Positions 21,401 through 35,330 of a stretch of DNA of 64,000 nt are shown here, piece by piece; within the stretch, counting starts at the first letter, position 1, and each line of letters starts with the position of its first letter. The DNA is from Macrostomum hystrix. Taxonomy: Eukaryota; Animalia; Platyhelminthes. A program made the translations under genes and the position numbers. The DNA is taken from contig CATNEN010000038.1 in assembly GCA_950097015.1 (NCBI GenBank), forward strand, positions 10,974,001 through 11,038,000, read 5' to 3'. Below the pieces are notes generated by a model. That model was not told the DNA's origin. It did not search any database and was given only the letters and a program-made list of their open reading frames with translations.

Positions 21401-21993
21401 GGGAAGGATTGGGAAGAATCACGGATAAGAGAGGGGAGAATGGGGAAGGATCGGGAAGAATGGCGGATAAGAGAGGGGAGAATGGGGAAGGATGGGAAAG
21501 AATAGTGGAAAAGAGAGGGGAGAATGGGGAAGGATTGGGAAGAATAGTGGAAAAGAGAGGGGAGAATGGGGAAGGATTGGAAAGAATAGTGGAAAAGAGA
21601 GGGGAGAATGGGGAAGGATTGGGAAGAATGGCGGATAAGAGAGGGGTGAATGGGGAAGGATTGGGAAGAAGAGTGGAGACTGGGGAAGAAGAGTATATAA
21701 AAGAGGGGAGATTGGGGAAGAAGAGTGGATAAGAGAGGGGAGAATGGGGAATGATTGGGAAGAAAAGCCTGTGGATAAGAGTTGGTAGAATAGAGATCGA
21801 TTGGGAATAATGGCGGATAAGAGGGGATAAAAGGGAGGCATTGTGAAGGATGGGATAAGTCAGCGAATGAATCTGATGTTCCGCAGGGTGTCCCTCGCTG
21901 GCAGCGCCCAGCAACTCCGAGGCTCACCAACTGACGGACGCCAGTGTGGATGCCGCTGCTTATCTGCAGACGGCCGGCGTTATGACCGCCTGA
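18437..21993 (+). CDS. Multi-C2H2 zinc-finger protein with polyQ tracts, 4 exons (18437-19009, 19399-19761, 20450-20810, 21887-21993)
   Basis: Repeated CxxC..H..H motifs (CSNC, CNACGKMF..HLRIEH, CPHC..EHVTANH, CGLC..HFADLH, CTLC..HLQRNH, CPIC..HIRSTH, CRLC..HYLAVH, CGGC); phase-consistent GT-AG introns; AATAAA at ~22411. Confidence 0.85.
19060..20425. repeat. CACT-rich arrays filling ZnF introns 1 (19060-19342) and 2 (19795-20425)
   Basis: (CACT/CACC)n and CACTCACTTATTCACCCATT. Confidence 0.9.
20815..21835. repeat. Purine-rich ~42-nt minisatellite in ZnF intron 3
   Basis: GGGAAGAATGGCGGATAAGAGAGGGGAGAATGGGGAAGGATT. Confidence 0.9.
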
Positions 21994-22564
21994 GATACTG
22001 CCCATTAAATGAGACTTCAATTACTATTACAATTAGCGTTTGAGAGGTTGTGGACTCGAATCCGCGTTTTTAGACTGAGAATAAATTGGCGACGAAATTT
22101 AGTCATAATATATTTTACTACCATTATAAATTATTATTAATTTTGCATTGTCAGCAGTGGCAGCTGTTCTCATTTTTTCACTCAGTAGTATGCTCTCTCA
22201 TCTTGACTTGACTTTTGTGTCGCTATCATCAATCAATTGTTCTATGAGCAGGTCATGCCTTTGTTTGTATTATTATAATCTGTTTAAAAGCCATGCTTAT
22301 GCTCCACCTATACAGCTATAACTACAGTCCATATGTTTATAGCCATATCTGCTTACTATTGTAGTATAAATGCGTGCTTTTTGTGCTGTAGTGCATGCTG
22401 TTCGATTTGAAATAAAACCGGAAAATTCACAACTTATTTATTCTCCTTCTTACGACTTAGTGCACATTAATAATTAACCGTGTAATAAAATAAAATTATC
22501 AGTATTTTGTCTCGTGAATTATTTAAATACCTAGAATTTTCCTATAAAATGTATTGGTGTACTT

Positions 22565-23470
22565 TTCTAACATGTCACATAAATTATGAACCATTGGCAG
22601 TCGTGTCTAACATTTCACATAACTTCTGAACCATTGGCAGTCGTGTCTAACATGTCACATAACTTCTGAACCATTGACAGTCGTGTCTAACATGTTAGAT
22701 AACTTTAGAACCATCGACAGTCGTGTCTAACATGTTAGATAACTTCTGAACCATTGACAGTCGTGTCTAACATTAGATAACTTTAGAACCATCGATAGTC
22801 GTGTCTAACACGTTAGATAGCTTTAGAACCATCGACAGTCGTGTCTAACATGTTAGATAACTTTAGAACCATTGGCAGTCGTGTCTAACATATTAGATAA
22901 CTTCAGAACCCTCGACAGCCGTGTCTAACATGTTAGATAACTTCAGAACCATCGACAGTCGTGTCTAACATATTAGATAACTTCAGAACCCTCGACAGCC
23001 GTGTCTAACATATTAGATAACTTCAGAACCCTCGAAAGTCGTGTCTAACATGTTAGGTAGCTTTAGAACCATCGACAGTGGTGTCTAACATGTTAGATAA
23101 CTTTAGAACCATCGAAAGTCGTGTCTAACATGTTAGATAACTTCAGAACCCTCGACAGCCGTGTCTAACATGTTAGATAACTTCAGAACCCTCGACAGCC
23201 GTGTCTAACATGTTAGATAACTTTAGAACCATCGACAGCCGTGTCTAACATATTAGATAACTTCAGAACCCTCGACAGCCGTGTCTAACATGTTAGATAG
23301 CTTTAGAACCATCGACAGTGGTGTCTAACATGTTAGATAACTTTAGAACTATCGAAAGTCGTGTCTAACATGTTAGATAACTTTAGAACCATCGACAGTC
23401 GTGTCTAACATGTTAGATAACTTTAGAACCATCGACAGTCGTGTCTAACATGTTAGATAACCTTAGAACT
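22565..23470. repeat. 40-nt tandem repeat with a 14-bp internal palindrome
   Basis: GTCGTG-TCTAACATGTTAGA-TAACTTTAGAACCATCGACA. Confidence 0.95.
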
Positions 23471-23516
23471 TTCTACTAGTAATTAGATGTTTTTCTATTA
23501 GAAAGCCGTCAATCAG

Positions 23517-26500
23517 TCAAATTGAGTTAGTCTCTGGTGCGAATATGTTGAAGCAGTAGCACAGGCCGGCTGTACCCACTGTCAGGCCGTACATTACGAG
23601 CCAGTAGTTGAGCTCTGATGATTCGCTCACGAGTATCTGAGAAGAGAATAATGCCATCGCGCCCAAGTTCAGTACTACGAAGGCCAAGGGTATCAGATAG
23701 GTGCAGTAGACCAGGTCATTGCTCAGCCGGCTATTGTACAATTGGCGCCGCTTAAGCTCTAGTTCTTTTTGCTGGCCAACCTGCTCTTCTGGTCTGCGAA
23801 TAAAAAGTAGATAAGGCTGGTTGGGAACTAGATGAGATGGTTGGGAACTAGATGAGATGGTTGGGAACTAGATGGGATGGATGGGAACTAGATGAGATGA
23901 TTGGGAACTAGATGAGATGGTTGGAAAGTAGATGAGATGGTTGGGAACTAGATGAGATGGTTGGGAAGTAGATGAGATGGTTGGGAACTAGATGAGATGG
24001 TTGGGAACTAGATAAGATGGTTGGGAACTAGATGAGATGGTTGGGAAGTAGATGAGATGGTTGGGAACTAGATGAGATGGTTGGGAACTAGATGAGATGG
24101 TTGGGAAGTAGATGAGATGGTTGGGAACTAGATGAGATGGTTGGGAACTAGATAAGATGGTTGGGAACTAGATGAGATGTTTGGGAACTAGATGAGATGT
24201 TTGGGAACTAGATGAGATGGTTGGGAACTAGATGAGATGGTTGGGAACTAGATGAGATGGTTGGGAACTAGATGAGATGGTTGGGAACTAGATGAGATGG
24301 TTGGGAACTAGATGAGATGGTTGGGAACTAGATGAGATGGTTGGGAAGTAGATGATATGGTTGGGAAGTAGATGAGATGTTTGGGAACTAGATGAGATGT
24401 TTGGGAACTAGATGAGATGGTTGGGAACTAGATGAGATGGTTGGGAAGTAGATGTGAAGGTTAGAAAGCAGTTATGAAGGTTTGAAGGTTGGGAATTAGA
24501 TACGAAGTTAAGGATGTTATCGGCAATGTCAGGAAGAAAATGGACGGATAGGATTTTTTATTGAAGACTTCAGAAGTATAAAGGAGTCAGGAGACTAAGG
24601 GAATTATAAATTTATTCATGACTATTAGTGGCGAAACGTAAATGTAAAAAGGATCAACTTACTCATAGAACTGTCTCAGATAGTGAGTGCCAATCTGTCG
24701 CTTCACCTTGTCATTGCTATCCTTTGCCAGGTAGTTGCTGTACACCTGGTGCAGTGCATCGCTGATTGAACTGTCATCCGTCAAGGCGGCGTTAACCTCC
24801 CCAGTGGGCTGATCAGCTGCGTGCAATGGTATCGTGTCCGGATCCACTTTGTCCTCATGGCTCGAGAATGGATCGCTCACAGACAGCTGCGATTCCCGCC
24901 TGTCTGCGGCTGCCAATGCCGCCCAGGCAGCCGCCTCAGCTGCCGCAGTATTCGGCACCATTGTCTGCAGGTCTTCGTCCACTGCCGCGACTTCTTTGGC
25001 TGGCGACTCAGTGAATCCTGTCGACATATTCGTCTGAAGCGGGATCGGTGGCAGAGCGGTCTAACGAGTTTGCCTCCTGCACCTAGGTCCCTGAGCACGA
25101 CTCCACGGCGAGGCCACATTCATTTGAGGCGCAGCCGCAGAGAGAAGGCACAGTGAGAGTGTACACTGCCTGACGATGAGAAAGTCAGGACACATGTACA
25201 CACCTGTGTGAGTGTGTACCTGTGTACAGTATCTGTGTGCGCGTGTGCTCAGGAGTCAGCGAAATGGGCAGAATTGCCTCCTCGCCATGTGAGATGGGAA
25301 GGATGGGAGTGAGATGGGAAGAATTGGAGTGAGATGGGAAGGATTGGAGTGAGATGGGAAGGATTGGAGTGAGATGGGAAGAATTGGAGTGAGATGGGAA
25401 GAATTGGAGTGAGATGGGAAGAATTGGAGTGAGATGGGAAGAATTGGAGTGAGATGGGAAGAATTGGAGTGAGATGGGAAGAATTGAAGTGAGATGGGAA
25501 TGATGGGAGTGAGATGGGAAGGATTGGAGTGAGATGGGAAGAATTGGAGTGAGATGGGAAGAATTGGAGTGAGATGGGAAGAATTGGAGTGAGATGGGAA
25601 GAATTGGAGTGAGATGGGAAGGATGGGAGTGAGATGGGAAGGATTGGAGTGAGATGGGAAGAATTGGAGTGAGATGGGAAGAATTGGAGTGAGATGGGAA
25701 GAATTGGAGTGAGATGGGAAGAATTGGAGTGAGATGGGAAGGATGGGAGTGAGATGGGAAGGATTGGAGAAAGATGGGAAGAATGGGAAGGATTGGAGTG
25801 AGATAGGAAGAATGGGAATGAGATGGGAAGAATGAGAATGAGATGGGAAGGATGGGAGTGAGATGGGAAGAATGGGAAGGATGGGAGATGAAAAGAGTGA
25901 AGTGAGACATAAAAAATAAGCGAGTTAGATGGCAAAGGCTGCAAGGGAGATGAGATGCTCACCTTATTGCTGGCTTTTTTTTCGCAGTTAGTTTTTTCAA
26001 AGTCTTTGCCTACTAAGCCGACTGCGTCTCCTAAAATAGAAATGACGCCAATAAAAGCATTTGGAACTCAGGTAAAACAATGGAGTTGAGTGATCAGGGT
26101 CAGCCAATCATATCTCACTGATGTTGGTCCGCTGACTGTTGCCATCCAATGGAATCATTATGGCGTCCAGTTTCTCCAACAGTTGTTGAAACAGATCAGC
26201 GTCCTTTTGAGCGTCCTTGCCGAGTGGCTTCTCAGTCTTAAGGCTACCGTCGCTTTCGCATAATTTCACCAGGGGCTCGTCGTCGTACAGGTCGTTCTCT
26301 AAATCATCCTGGTCATCGTGTTGAGAAGACTGGCTCACCGTGCTGGATCTGTGAGGAAGAAGTTGAGTGCTACTCCTAAATCAGAGGAAAGTCAATTGGT
26401 TGCGATTTTTATCGTCAATTTGTGATCTAAGCTTTGAGATGGGATTCCATTTTTGTGATTTGAGATGGCATTCCGTTTTAGGGATTTAAGATGGGATTCT

Positions 26501-29500
26501 ACTTTGGATTTGAGATGGGATTAAACTTTGGATTTGAGATGGGATTCAATATTTGGATTTGAGATTGGATTCTATATTTGGATTTGAGATTTGATTCTAT
26601 ATTTGGATTTGAGATTGGATTCTATTTTTGGATTTAAGATGGGATTCTATATTTGGATTTGAGATTGGATTCTATTTTGGATTTAAGATGGGATTCTATA
26701 TTTGGATTTGAGATGGGATTCTATATTTAGATTTGAGATTGGATTCTATATTTGGATTTGAGATTGGATTCTATATTTGGATTTGAGATTGGATTCTATT
26801 TTTGGATTTAAGATGGGATTCTATATTTGGATTTAAGATGGGATTCTATATTTGGATTTGAGATTGGATTCTATTTTGGATTTGAGATGGGATTCTATAT
26901 TTGGATTTGAGATGGGATTCTATATTTGGATTTGAGATTGGATTCTATTTTGGATTTAAGATGGGATTCTATATTTGGATTTGAGATGGGATTCTATATT
27001 TAGATTTGAGATGGGATTCTATATTTGGATTTGAGATGGGATTCTATATTTGGATTTGAGATTGGATTCTATATTTAGATTTGAGATGGGATTCTATATT
27101 TGGATTTGAGATGGGATTCTATATTTGGATTTAAGATGGGATTCTATATTTAGATTTGAGATTGAATTCTATATTTGGATTTGAGATTGGATTCTATTTT
27201 TGGATTTAAGATGGGATTCTATATTTGGATTTGAGATTGGATTCTATTTTGGATTTAAGATGGGATTCTATATTTGGATTTGAGATGGGATTCTATATTT
27301 AGATTTGAGATTGAATTCTATATTTGGATTTGAGATGGGATTCTATATTTGGATTTGAGATTGGATTCTATATTTGGATTTAAGATGGGATTCTATATTT
27401 GGATTTGAGATGGGATTCTATATTTGGATTTGAGATTGGATTCTATATTTAGATTTGAGATGGGATTCTATATTTGGATTTGAGATTGGATTCTATATTT
27501 AGATTTGAGATTGGATTCTATATTTGGATTTGAGATTGGATTCTATATTTTGATTTGAGATTGGATTCTATATTTTGATTTGAGATTGGATTCTATATTT
27601 GGATTTGAGATTGGATTCTATATTTGGATTTGAGATGGGATTCTATATTTGGATTTGAGATGGGATTCTATATTTGGATTTGAGATGGGATTCTATATTT
27701 GGATTTGAGATTGGATTCTATATTTGGATTTGAGATGGGATTCTATATTTGGATTTGAGATTGGATTCTATTTTTGGATTTAAGATGGGATTCTATATTT
27801 GGATTTGAGATGGGATTCTATATTTGGATTTGAGATTGGATTCTATATTTAGATTTGAGATGGGATTCTATATTTGGATTTGAGATTGGATTCTATATTT
27901 AGATTTGAGATTGGATTCTATATTTGGATTTGAGATGGGATTCTATATTTGGATTTGAGATGGGATTCTATATTTTGATTTGAGATTGGATTCTATATTT
28001 GGATTTGAGATTGGATTCTATATTTGGATTTGAGATTGGATTCTATATTTGAATTTGAGATTGGATTCGATATTTGGATTTGAGATGGGATTTAAAAGGG
28101 ATTAAAAAATGAGATATGGTTCTATGATAGGATTTGGGCATTCTGGTTGGTCAGTTGCGTTAAGTAGCTGACGCCTCTGTAGTGACGTTAGATTAGACAA
28201 TTACAAGCTGCAGTCGTCGCTAATGCTCTGATCGAGGCTGCTCGTCTCGCTGCAGGTTTCCTTCTTACTTTCGGTGAAAACGGAGGGCGTCTTCTTTGCG
28301 CACTTCGTGCTGCGTCTGCTTGCCGGCTGCTTTCTGCGCTTCGATTTGTCGCTAGTCTTCTTAGTCTTCTTAGCATCGAAGGTCACTTCGAATTTCTGCA
28401 GGAGTCGCTGAGACACTCTCTCGGCCTGCTCGAAGGTGGCCTCAAAACGAGTTCGCAGAGGCGCCTCCATGTCGGGCGCTTCGAAATATTATTTAAATTC
28501 AGTTTTTTTAATGTTCTTTTTCCACCTTTTATAACAAAGACTTGCGCAAATAGTGATGGGCCTTATATTTATTTGAACATACCTGCACAGTATCAATGGT
28601 ATGATCAATATCAACTACTGAATGACCAACTTTAGACACTGTACAATTAATCTTAACTACTGAATGACCAACTTTAGACACTGTACAATTAATCTTAACT
28701 ACTGAATGACCAACTTTAGACACTGTACAATTAATCTCAACTACTGAATGACCAACTTTAGACACTGTACAATTAATCTTAACTACTGAATGACCAACTT
28801 TAGACACTGTACAATTAATCTTAACTACTGAATGACCAACTTTAGACACTGTACAATTAATCTCAACTACTGAATGACCAACTTTAGACACTGTACAATT
28901 AATCTTAACTACTGAATGACCAACTTTAGACACTGTACAATTAATCTTAACTACTGAATGACCAACTTTAGACACTGTACAATTAATCTCAACTACTGAA
29001 TGACCAACTTTAGACACTGTACAATTAATCTTAACTACTGAATGACCAACTTTAGACACTGTACAATTAATCTTAACTACTGAATGACCAACTTTAGACA
29101 CTGTAAAATTAATCTCAACTACTGAATGACCAAATTTAAGTTAACACTACATCCTAATTTAGCTTCTAAATTACCAACGTAGGCTACAATAAAAGAAACT
29201 TTAGCCACTGTATGACCAACTTTACCCACTGTATGACCAACTTAAGCCACTGTATGACCAACTTAAGCGACTGTATGACCAACTTTAGCGACTGTATGAC
29301 CAACTTAAGCGACTGTATGAGCAACTTTACCCACTGTATGACCAACTTAAGCCACTGTATGACCAACTTAAGACACTGTATGACCAACTTTAGCGACTGT
29401 ATGACCAACTTAAGCGACTGTATGAGCAACTTTACCCACTGTATGACCAACTTAAGCCACTGTATGACCAACTTAAGCGACTGTATGACCAACTTTAGCG

Positions 29501-31144
29501 ACTGTATGACCAACTTAAGCGACTGTATGAGCAACTTTACCCACTGTATGACCAACTTAAGCCACTGTATGACCAACTTAAGACACTGTATGACCAACTT
29601 TAGCCACTGTATGACCAACTTTAGCTACTTAATGTCCAACTTTAGCTATTGTGTGACTATTCTTAACAACTGAGTAATTAATCTCATTTATAGAATGACT
29701 AGTCTCAACTATTGTATGACCAAAATTCTTAGCTACTCAGCTAAGAAATTTAGCTACCAAATGATCGATCTCAACCACTAAATTACTAACTTTAGCAAAA
29801 CGTTAGAACAAAATAAATTACAAGACTTTGAAGAAGAAAATTTAGCTTCGTCCTTGTCCGGGTCGTCGTCCGGCCACTCGAAACTGTTGACCCGCCTCAA
29901 TTGCGGCTTCTCAGTCTTCAGAGTGCGCACCTGCGGCTGCGGTTGAAAATTATTTTGACATCTCGTAGATCCAGATGTCGGAGTCACCGATGAGGACGAC
30001 TGGCCCATCTGCTGCTGGCGAATCATTTCCAATGATGACGACAGGGTCGTCCGGTCATCAAGCACTTCGGGGGCCGCCCGGTCCGCTCCAGTCACGGTGT
30101 TGGTGGCTGTTGCAGACGCGGACAAATTTTCAGAGTTGGTTTCCGGCGAGCCAACGTCTGTAAATGGTAGGCTACTTAGTGTATGCTAGAGCTACTCAGT
30201 GAATGCTAGAGCTACTCAGTGAATGCTAGAGCTACTCAGCGAATGCTAGAGCTACTCAGTGAATGCTAGAGCTACTCAGTGTATGCTAGAGCTACTCAGT
30301 GAATGCTAGAGCTACTCAGTGTATGCTAGAGCTACTCAGTGAATGCTAGAGCTACTCAGCGAATGCTAGAGCTACTCAGCGAATGCTAGAGCTACTCAGT
30401 GAATGCTAGAGCTACTCAGTGAATGCTAGAGCTACTCAGTGTATGCTAGAGCTACTCAGTGAATGCTAGAGCTACTCAGTGAATGCTAGAGCTACTCAGT
30501 GTATGCTAGAGCTACTCAGTGTATGCTAGAGCTACTCAGTGAATGCTAGAGCTACTCAGTGAATGCTAGAGCTACTCAGTGAATGCTAGAGCTACTCAGT
30601 GTATGCTAGAGCTACTCAGTGAATGCTAGAGCTACTCAGCGAATGCTAGAGCTACTCAGCGAATGCTAGAGCTACTCAGTGAATGCTAGAGCTACTCAGC
30701 GAATGCTAGAGCTACTCAGTGAATGCTAGAGCTACTCAGTGTATGCTAGAGCTACTCAGTGTATGCTAGAGCTACTCAGTGAATGCTAGAGCTACTCAGC
30801 GAATGCTAGAGCTACTCAGTGAATGCTAGAGCTACTCAGTGAATGCTAGAGCTACTCAGTGAATGCTAGAGCTACTCAGTGAATGATAGTTAGTCGCAGT
30901 CGTGAGGTCCATCACCTGTCATTATTTTTTCCTCGCTTACGCAGCGCACAATGGGCATCGAAGAATGCACATTGTAGTTCTCAGCGGTGGCCGCGAAATC
31001 CATGTCATTGACAAATTGGCTTGCATCTGGGAAGAGAACATCGCTGAGGCAGGCGTCCTCATCCGGCAGGTTCTGGACTCCGTCAGTGTCAGTGACGGAT
31101 TCGCGACGCTGGCTGCCTGGTGGATTATTGGATGGCGAACTCAT
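23517..31144 (-). CDS. Uncharacterised ~600-aa protein with a long acidic/Ser-rich disordered region and two C-terminal TM helices; 7 exons approx 30916-31144, 29823-30158, 28205-28478, 26117-26348, 25963-26030, 24664-25033, 23517-23792
   Basis: All six junctions are GT-AG and frame-consistent; terminal exon LIPLAFVVLNLGAMALF / YWLVMYGLTVGTAGLCYCF; no family recognised. Confidence 0.7.
23818..24460. repeat. 20-nt minisatellite TTGGGAACTAGATGAGATGG
   Basis: Direct inspection. Confidence 0.95.
25046..25287 (+). mobile_element. tRNA-derived SINE, family A (internally deleted)
   Basis: TGGCAGAGCGGTCTAACG head; GTGTACACTGCCTGACGATGAGAAAGTCAGG body. Confidence 0.85.
25288..25890. repeat. 20-nt minisatellite GAATTGGAGTGAGATGGGAA
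   Basis: Direct inspection. Confidence 0.95.
26435..28095. repeat. 25-nt minisatellite ATATTTGGATTTGAGATGGGATTCT
   Basis: Direct inspection. Confidence 0.95.
28610..29650. repeat. Adjacent related arrays: 42-nt (28610-29140) and 21-nt (29200-29650), both containing ATGACCAACTT
   Basis: Direct inspection. Confidence 0.95.
30170..30888. repeat. 20-nt minisatellite GAATGCTAGAGCTACTCAGT
   Basis: Direct inspection. Confidence 0.95.
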
Positions 31145-32058
31145 TTAGTTGAAGGAAGTTTTGCTGGCACCTGGTCAAATAAATTTTGTGTTTTTGAATT
31201 ATTGATCGCCTAAAAAATCCAGGTTAGAAAACTTTGCTCAGTTACAATGGGCTTTGGCCATAGACAAAAATTTCACGATCGGACATAATTTTAGGTCGAT
31301 TCAGTGCTGGTTTAGCGAAATAGAATATAATGTTAAAATAGTCTAATGGATTGCTAATCTAGCCTCTCTGTCTCATTGATGATGGAATCAAATGGATTGC
31401 TAGTCTAGCCTCTCTAAAATGGATTGCTAGTCTAGCCTCTCTAAAATGGATTACTAGTCTAGCCTCTCGCATAAACGAATGGGGTTAGGTTAGGATTTTT
31501 ATTTTCTTATCTGAAATCTAACTAGTTGACGCGAACGTATCGATTTTATTTATGACCGGCCTGCAGAATAGAAAGTGGTTTCTTCAAAGTTTGCTTCTAA
31601 AATTTGAGTCAAATTCGTTTGAACTCAAATTTCCACAAGAAGATTTGGATCACAAAATCTGGAACGAAAAAAAGTTAAGATTGGGAAAGGAAATTGGTCC
31701 CGATTATTCTGTTTACCTTTAATAAGCATTTTGAGGGGACTGAATGGGCACTTCGCTGTTCAAAAGAACTGCCCGCCCGTCCTGAGCTCTCTCGGACAAC
31801 AAAAAAAAACGACTCGACTTGGCGCGCTCTCTCGCAGTTTGGCATGGACCGGTTAGGAGGTAAGTTGGCGGACAGGTTGCAGAGATTGCTGTAAGAAAAT
31901 TGGTAAGAGAGAGGGTGGGTCGACGCAGCTGCTGCCAACAATGTTACAGTACCGATTGAGGATCTTAAAAGCAACGAAAACTGATTCCTGAAAGAGAGCG
32001 GCAGGTTTTCTGAGTACAGTTTGGAGCACTTCTGCCTGTTATTCAGTTTGAGACTAAA

Positions 32059-32721
32059 ATGAGCTCGAGGATAAGTGCTCAGAGCGCCGAGATTCAGCAG
32101 GTGGTTTCCTACGTAACACTTCACAATGTCACCATCGACGGAAGCTCCGGCACGTTGGTGTCAAACGAGGTGAAACTCTTGGGATCTGGCGGTGGCGGCG
32201 TCCAAACTGCACCGCTACAGCCACCGCCGCCGCCGCCGCCGCCAGCGCCTCTACAGCAGCAACAACAGCAGCAGCAGCTGTTGAATCTTGTTGGATCATC
32301 TTGGAATGCAACTGGGACCAATGTGACAGTTACTAGTGAGTTTACATTGTGGCGAGTTTCATTAGAAGCTCAGTAGCCATTAAATAGAATTTTTAGAATA
32401 GAGAGGTAGAAATGGAGGTCAGGAGTTCGATTCTCACTCGAAATTAAAGGCCTTAGTTTACCCAGTTATTCATTATTGGAGTTGAAATTTTCAGCCCATC
32501 GGCACACCGATCGCACCCCGTTTTATCCAGACAGTCCGCTCAACTCGGAGCTGCTGTTCCTCTGGTTGGGTGTGTTTCTGGCCATCCCGCTGCTTCTGGT
32601 TCTACTCTGCTTCTGCCTGTGCGTCAACAGAAAGGACGACGCGGTGAACAAGTCGCTGATTGACAGGGATAGCGAGGGCGGCGGGGCCGATGTCGATAGA
32701 GCAAGTCCTGGCCCGAATTGA
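32059..32721 (+). CDS. Small single-pass membrane protein with polyP/polyQ tracts, exons ~32059-32335 and 32495-32721; true start uncertain
   Basis: A|gtgag...tttcag|CC junction in frame; N-glycosylation sequons, TM LLFLWLGVFLAIPLLLVLLCFCLCV; AATAAA at ~32751. Confidence 0.6.
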
Positions 32722-32879
32722 AGGCATGCTTCATTGAAGAAGACATGTTTAATAAAAAATTATTTTATGCATGCTTATCTTAGCAATGGCGTGATCAAGT
32801 AAAGTTGGAACAGTAATTACGAGCGTAAGTGTGGATTTATAGCTTGATCTACTAATGCTTAGGTAGATTCGAAAAAATA

Positions 32880-33570
32880 CCTGGTAGATTCGGAGGGGAT
32901 GTCTTGTGGTAGATTTGGAGGGAATGTCTTGGTAAATTCGGAGGGAATGTCTTGGTAGATTCGGGGGGAATGTCTTCGTAGATTCGGAGGGAATTATTTG
33001 GTGAATTCGGAGGGAATGTCTTGGTAGATTTGGTGGGAATTATTTCGTGGATTCGGAGGGAATGTCTTGGTAGATTTGGTGGGAATTATTTCGTGGATTC
33101 GGAGGGAATGTCTTGGTAGATTTGGAGGGAATGTCTTGGTAGATTTGAAGGATTTTCTTGGTAGATTCGGAGGGAATTATTTGGTAGATTCGGAGGGAAT
33201 GTCATGGTAGATTCGGAGGGAATGTCTTGGTAGATTCGGGGGAATGTCTTGGTAGATTCGGAGGGAATGTCTTGGTAGATTCGGAGGGAATGTCTTGGTA
33301 GATTCGGAGGGAATGTCTTGGTAGATTTGGAAGGAATGTCTTGGTAGATTCGGAGGGAATGTCTTGGTAGATTCGGAGGGAATGTCTTGGTAGATTTCGA
33401 GGGAATGTCTTGGTGATTCGGAGGGAATGTCTTGGTAGATTTCGAGGGAATGTCTTGGTAGATTTGGAGGGAATGTCTTGGTAGATTCGGAGGGAATGTC
33501 TTGGTAGATTTCGAGGGAATGTCTTGGTAGATTCGGAGGGAATGTCTTGGTAGATTCGGGGGAACGTATG
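32880..33570. repeat. 23-nt minisatellite TTGGTAGATTCGGAGGGAATGTC
   Basis: Direct inspection. Confidence 0.95.
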
Positions 33571-35330
33571 GGTTCGTTCGGGGAACGTTACTCTTATTAT
33601 ACTCGTCGAAGAGCATTGACAAGTTAAATTTATGAACTTTAGAAGGGCGTACATTTGAGAGTTAGCTTCAACAAGTGAAAGTGCAATTTGAGCAGTCGTG
33701 TCAGACTGAGACAGCACATGAAATTTTCTTTTCTCGCAAAGTCTAGCTAAAACTGGACCAACTTTTTTAACCTGAGCATTAAACTATCCGATCGAGAGCA
33801 CAATTTTTTTCATAACCAAAAATAGAAGTAAAATTTCACTGCGCATTTCATTTCAGAAAAATTCCTTAGCTTGTCACATACGTTTTAGCAGCCTGTCTGA
33901 CTGCAGTTTCTGAACGAAACATGGTGGGCAAATGAGTGGCAAAATTTTATTTTTGATATGTAATTTATCGACTTCTTGTTAGAAATTGATCTGTACTGTC
34001 TCATATTGGAATGAAGTTAGAGAACTTTTTTCTTAATTCCTTATTTTACGAGTTAGTTATGTTAAGGACTTGACAAGTAGGATTGTAAATTTCCAAAGTA
34101 CTGGCCTTTAGAAGCTCGGATAATTTTTGGTGCAGAATATATAAGCAGTTGAATTCAAATTTCTAACTACCTTCACGGGTTGTAAAATGGGCCGGAAATC
34201 CGGTTATTTTGTCATTGAAAATTTATTTATGCGATATATTACGAGTATGTATGTTTATATGTTTCTTGTGTTGTCAGAAAAGCAAACATGTAAAGTAAAA
34301 TAGCAGATGTTGGTGTGGGCGTTGCACTTTAATGTACAGACTCTTTGTTTACATTTTTTGTTAATAATCCAAAACGAAGTCTTCAAGGAAATTGGTTTTG
34401 TAAGATGGTAAATGTCATTCTGTTAAGACCGCCGAACCATTTACAATCTAGGGCCAGGCTGATAAGTTAATGTACATCTGGCACTGGACAAAGCCCCAGA
34501 TAAACATTCAGCTCACCCCCCTCCGCGAGGGACGAGATTTTCTCGGTGGGCGATCACGCGACTTCACACCTCAAGGTCGTGTGTACTTATAAAATTTCTC
34601 CATCAGCAGATAAATAAGCTTGAAAGGCATGTTATTTATCAGAAAGCGCACAAGTTATGCATAATTATACAACTAAAAAAATTGAACTTTTTCGCTTTTC
34701 AAATTGCAGTCTCTTAATTTCTCGTGTCGCATCTCTCTTAACTCGTTGTCGTAATACTCTTTTACTTGAGCTAGAAGGGTAGATTTTTTTAATTTACTTC
34801 AGACAAACTTGTGCGAAAACTAAGTTCACATCTGAAAAAAAACTGACAGAAAAAAACGAAAGTCAAACTCAAGAATTGTTTGTCTTCAGACGTGTGAGGC
34901 CATTGTGCAGAGGCAAACGTAGTAGCTGGTGAAATTTAGAGTAGTCCCTAAGGCCAGCAAATAAACTTAGAAAAACGAAATTTGAGGTGAGAAACATAGC
35001 AGAAACATAGCGTTATTTGAACTCGCTTTTATAAGCTCATCTCTCATTTTCTGGGTAGGTGCGAAAAAGTGAAAGACAAGTGACTGACACAAATATTCGT
35101 CGCAATGTTTGCAAAACTGCAGCTTGCAGATTGCTTTGACAACGAAACTAAACACAAGCTATAGTTCTTGCATGAGATCTAAAAATGCAAGCTTAAGAGA
35201 GATTTTACAGCAAGAATATAATACTCTCGACTACCGTCCTTTCTTGATTTGCTTTGATCGATTCTTCAAATATATCTGTTGCCTTTTTGTAAGTAAATAA
35301 TCTAAAAAACTTAAATTAAGGCCTTCCACA

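Noticed and set aside
20676-22020. 412/405-aa minus-strand ORFs, and similar ORFs at 10181, 25185, 28529, 29184, 33086, 48327, 49772, 53657
   Set aside because: All are minisatellite translations within introns or intergenic DNA
22565-23470. CRISPR-like array of palindromic repeats
   Set aside because: No unique spacers, no cas genes, eukaryotic context
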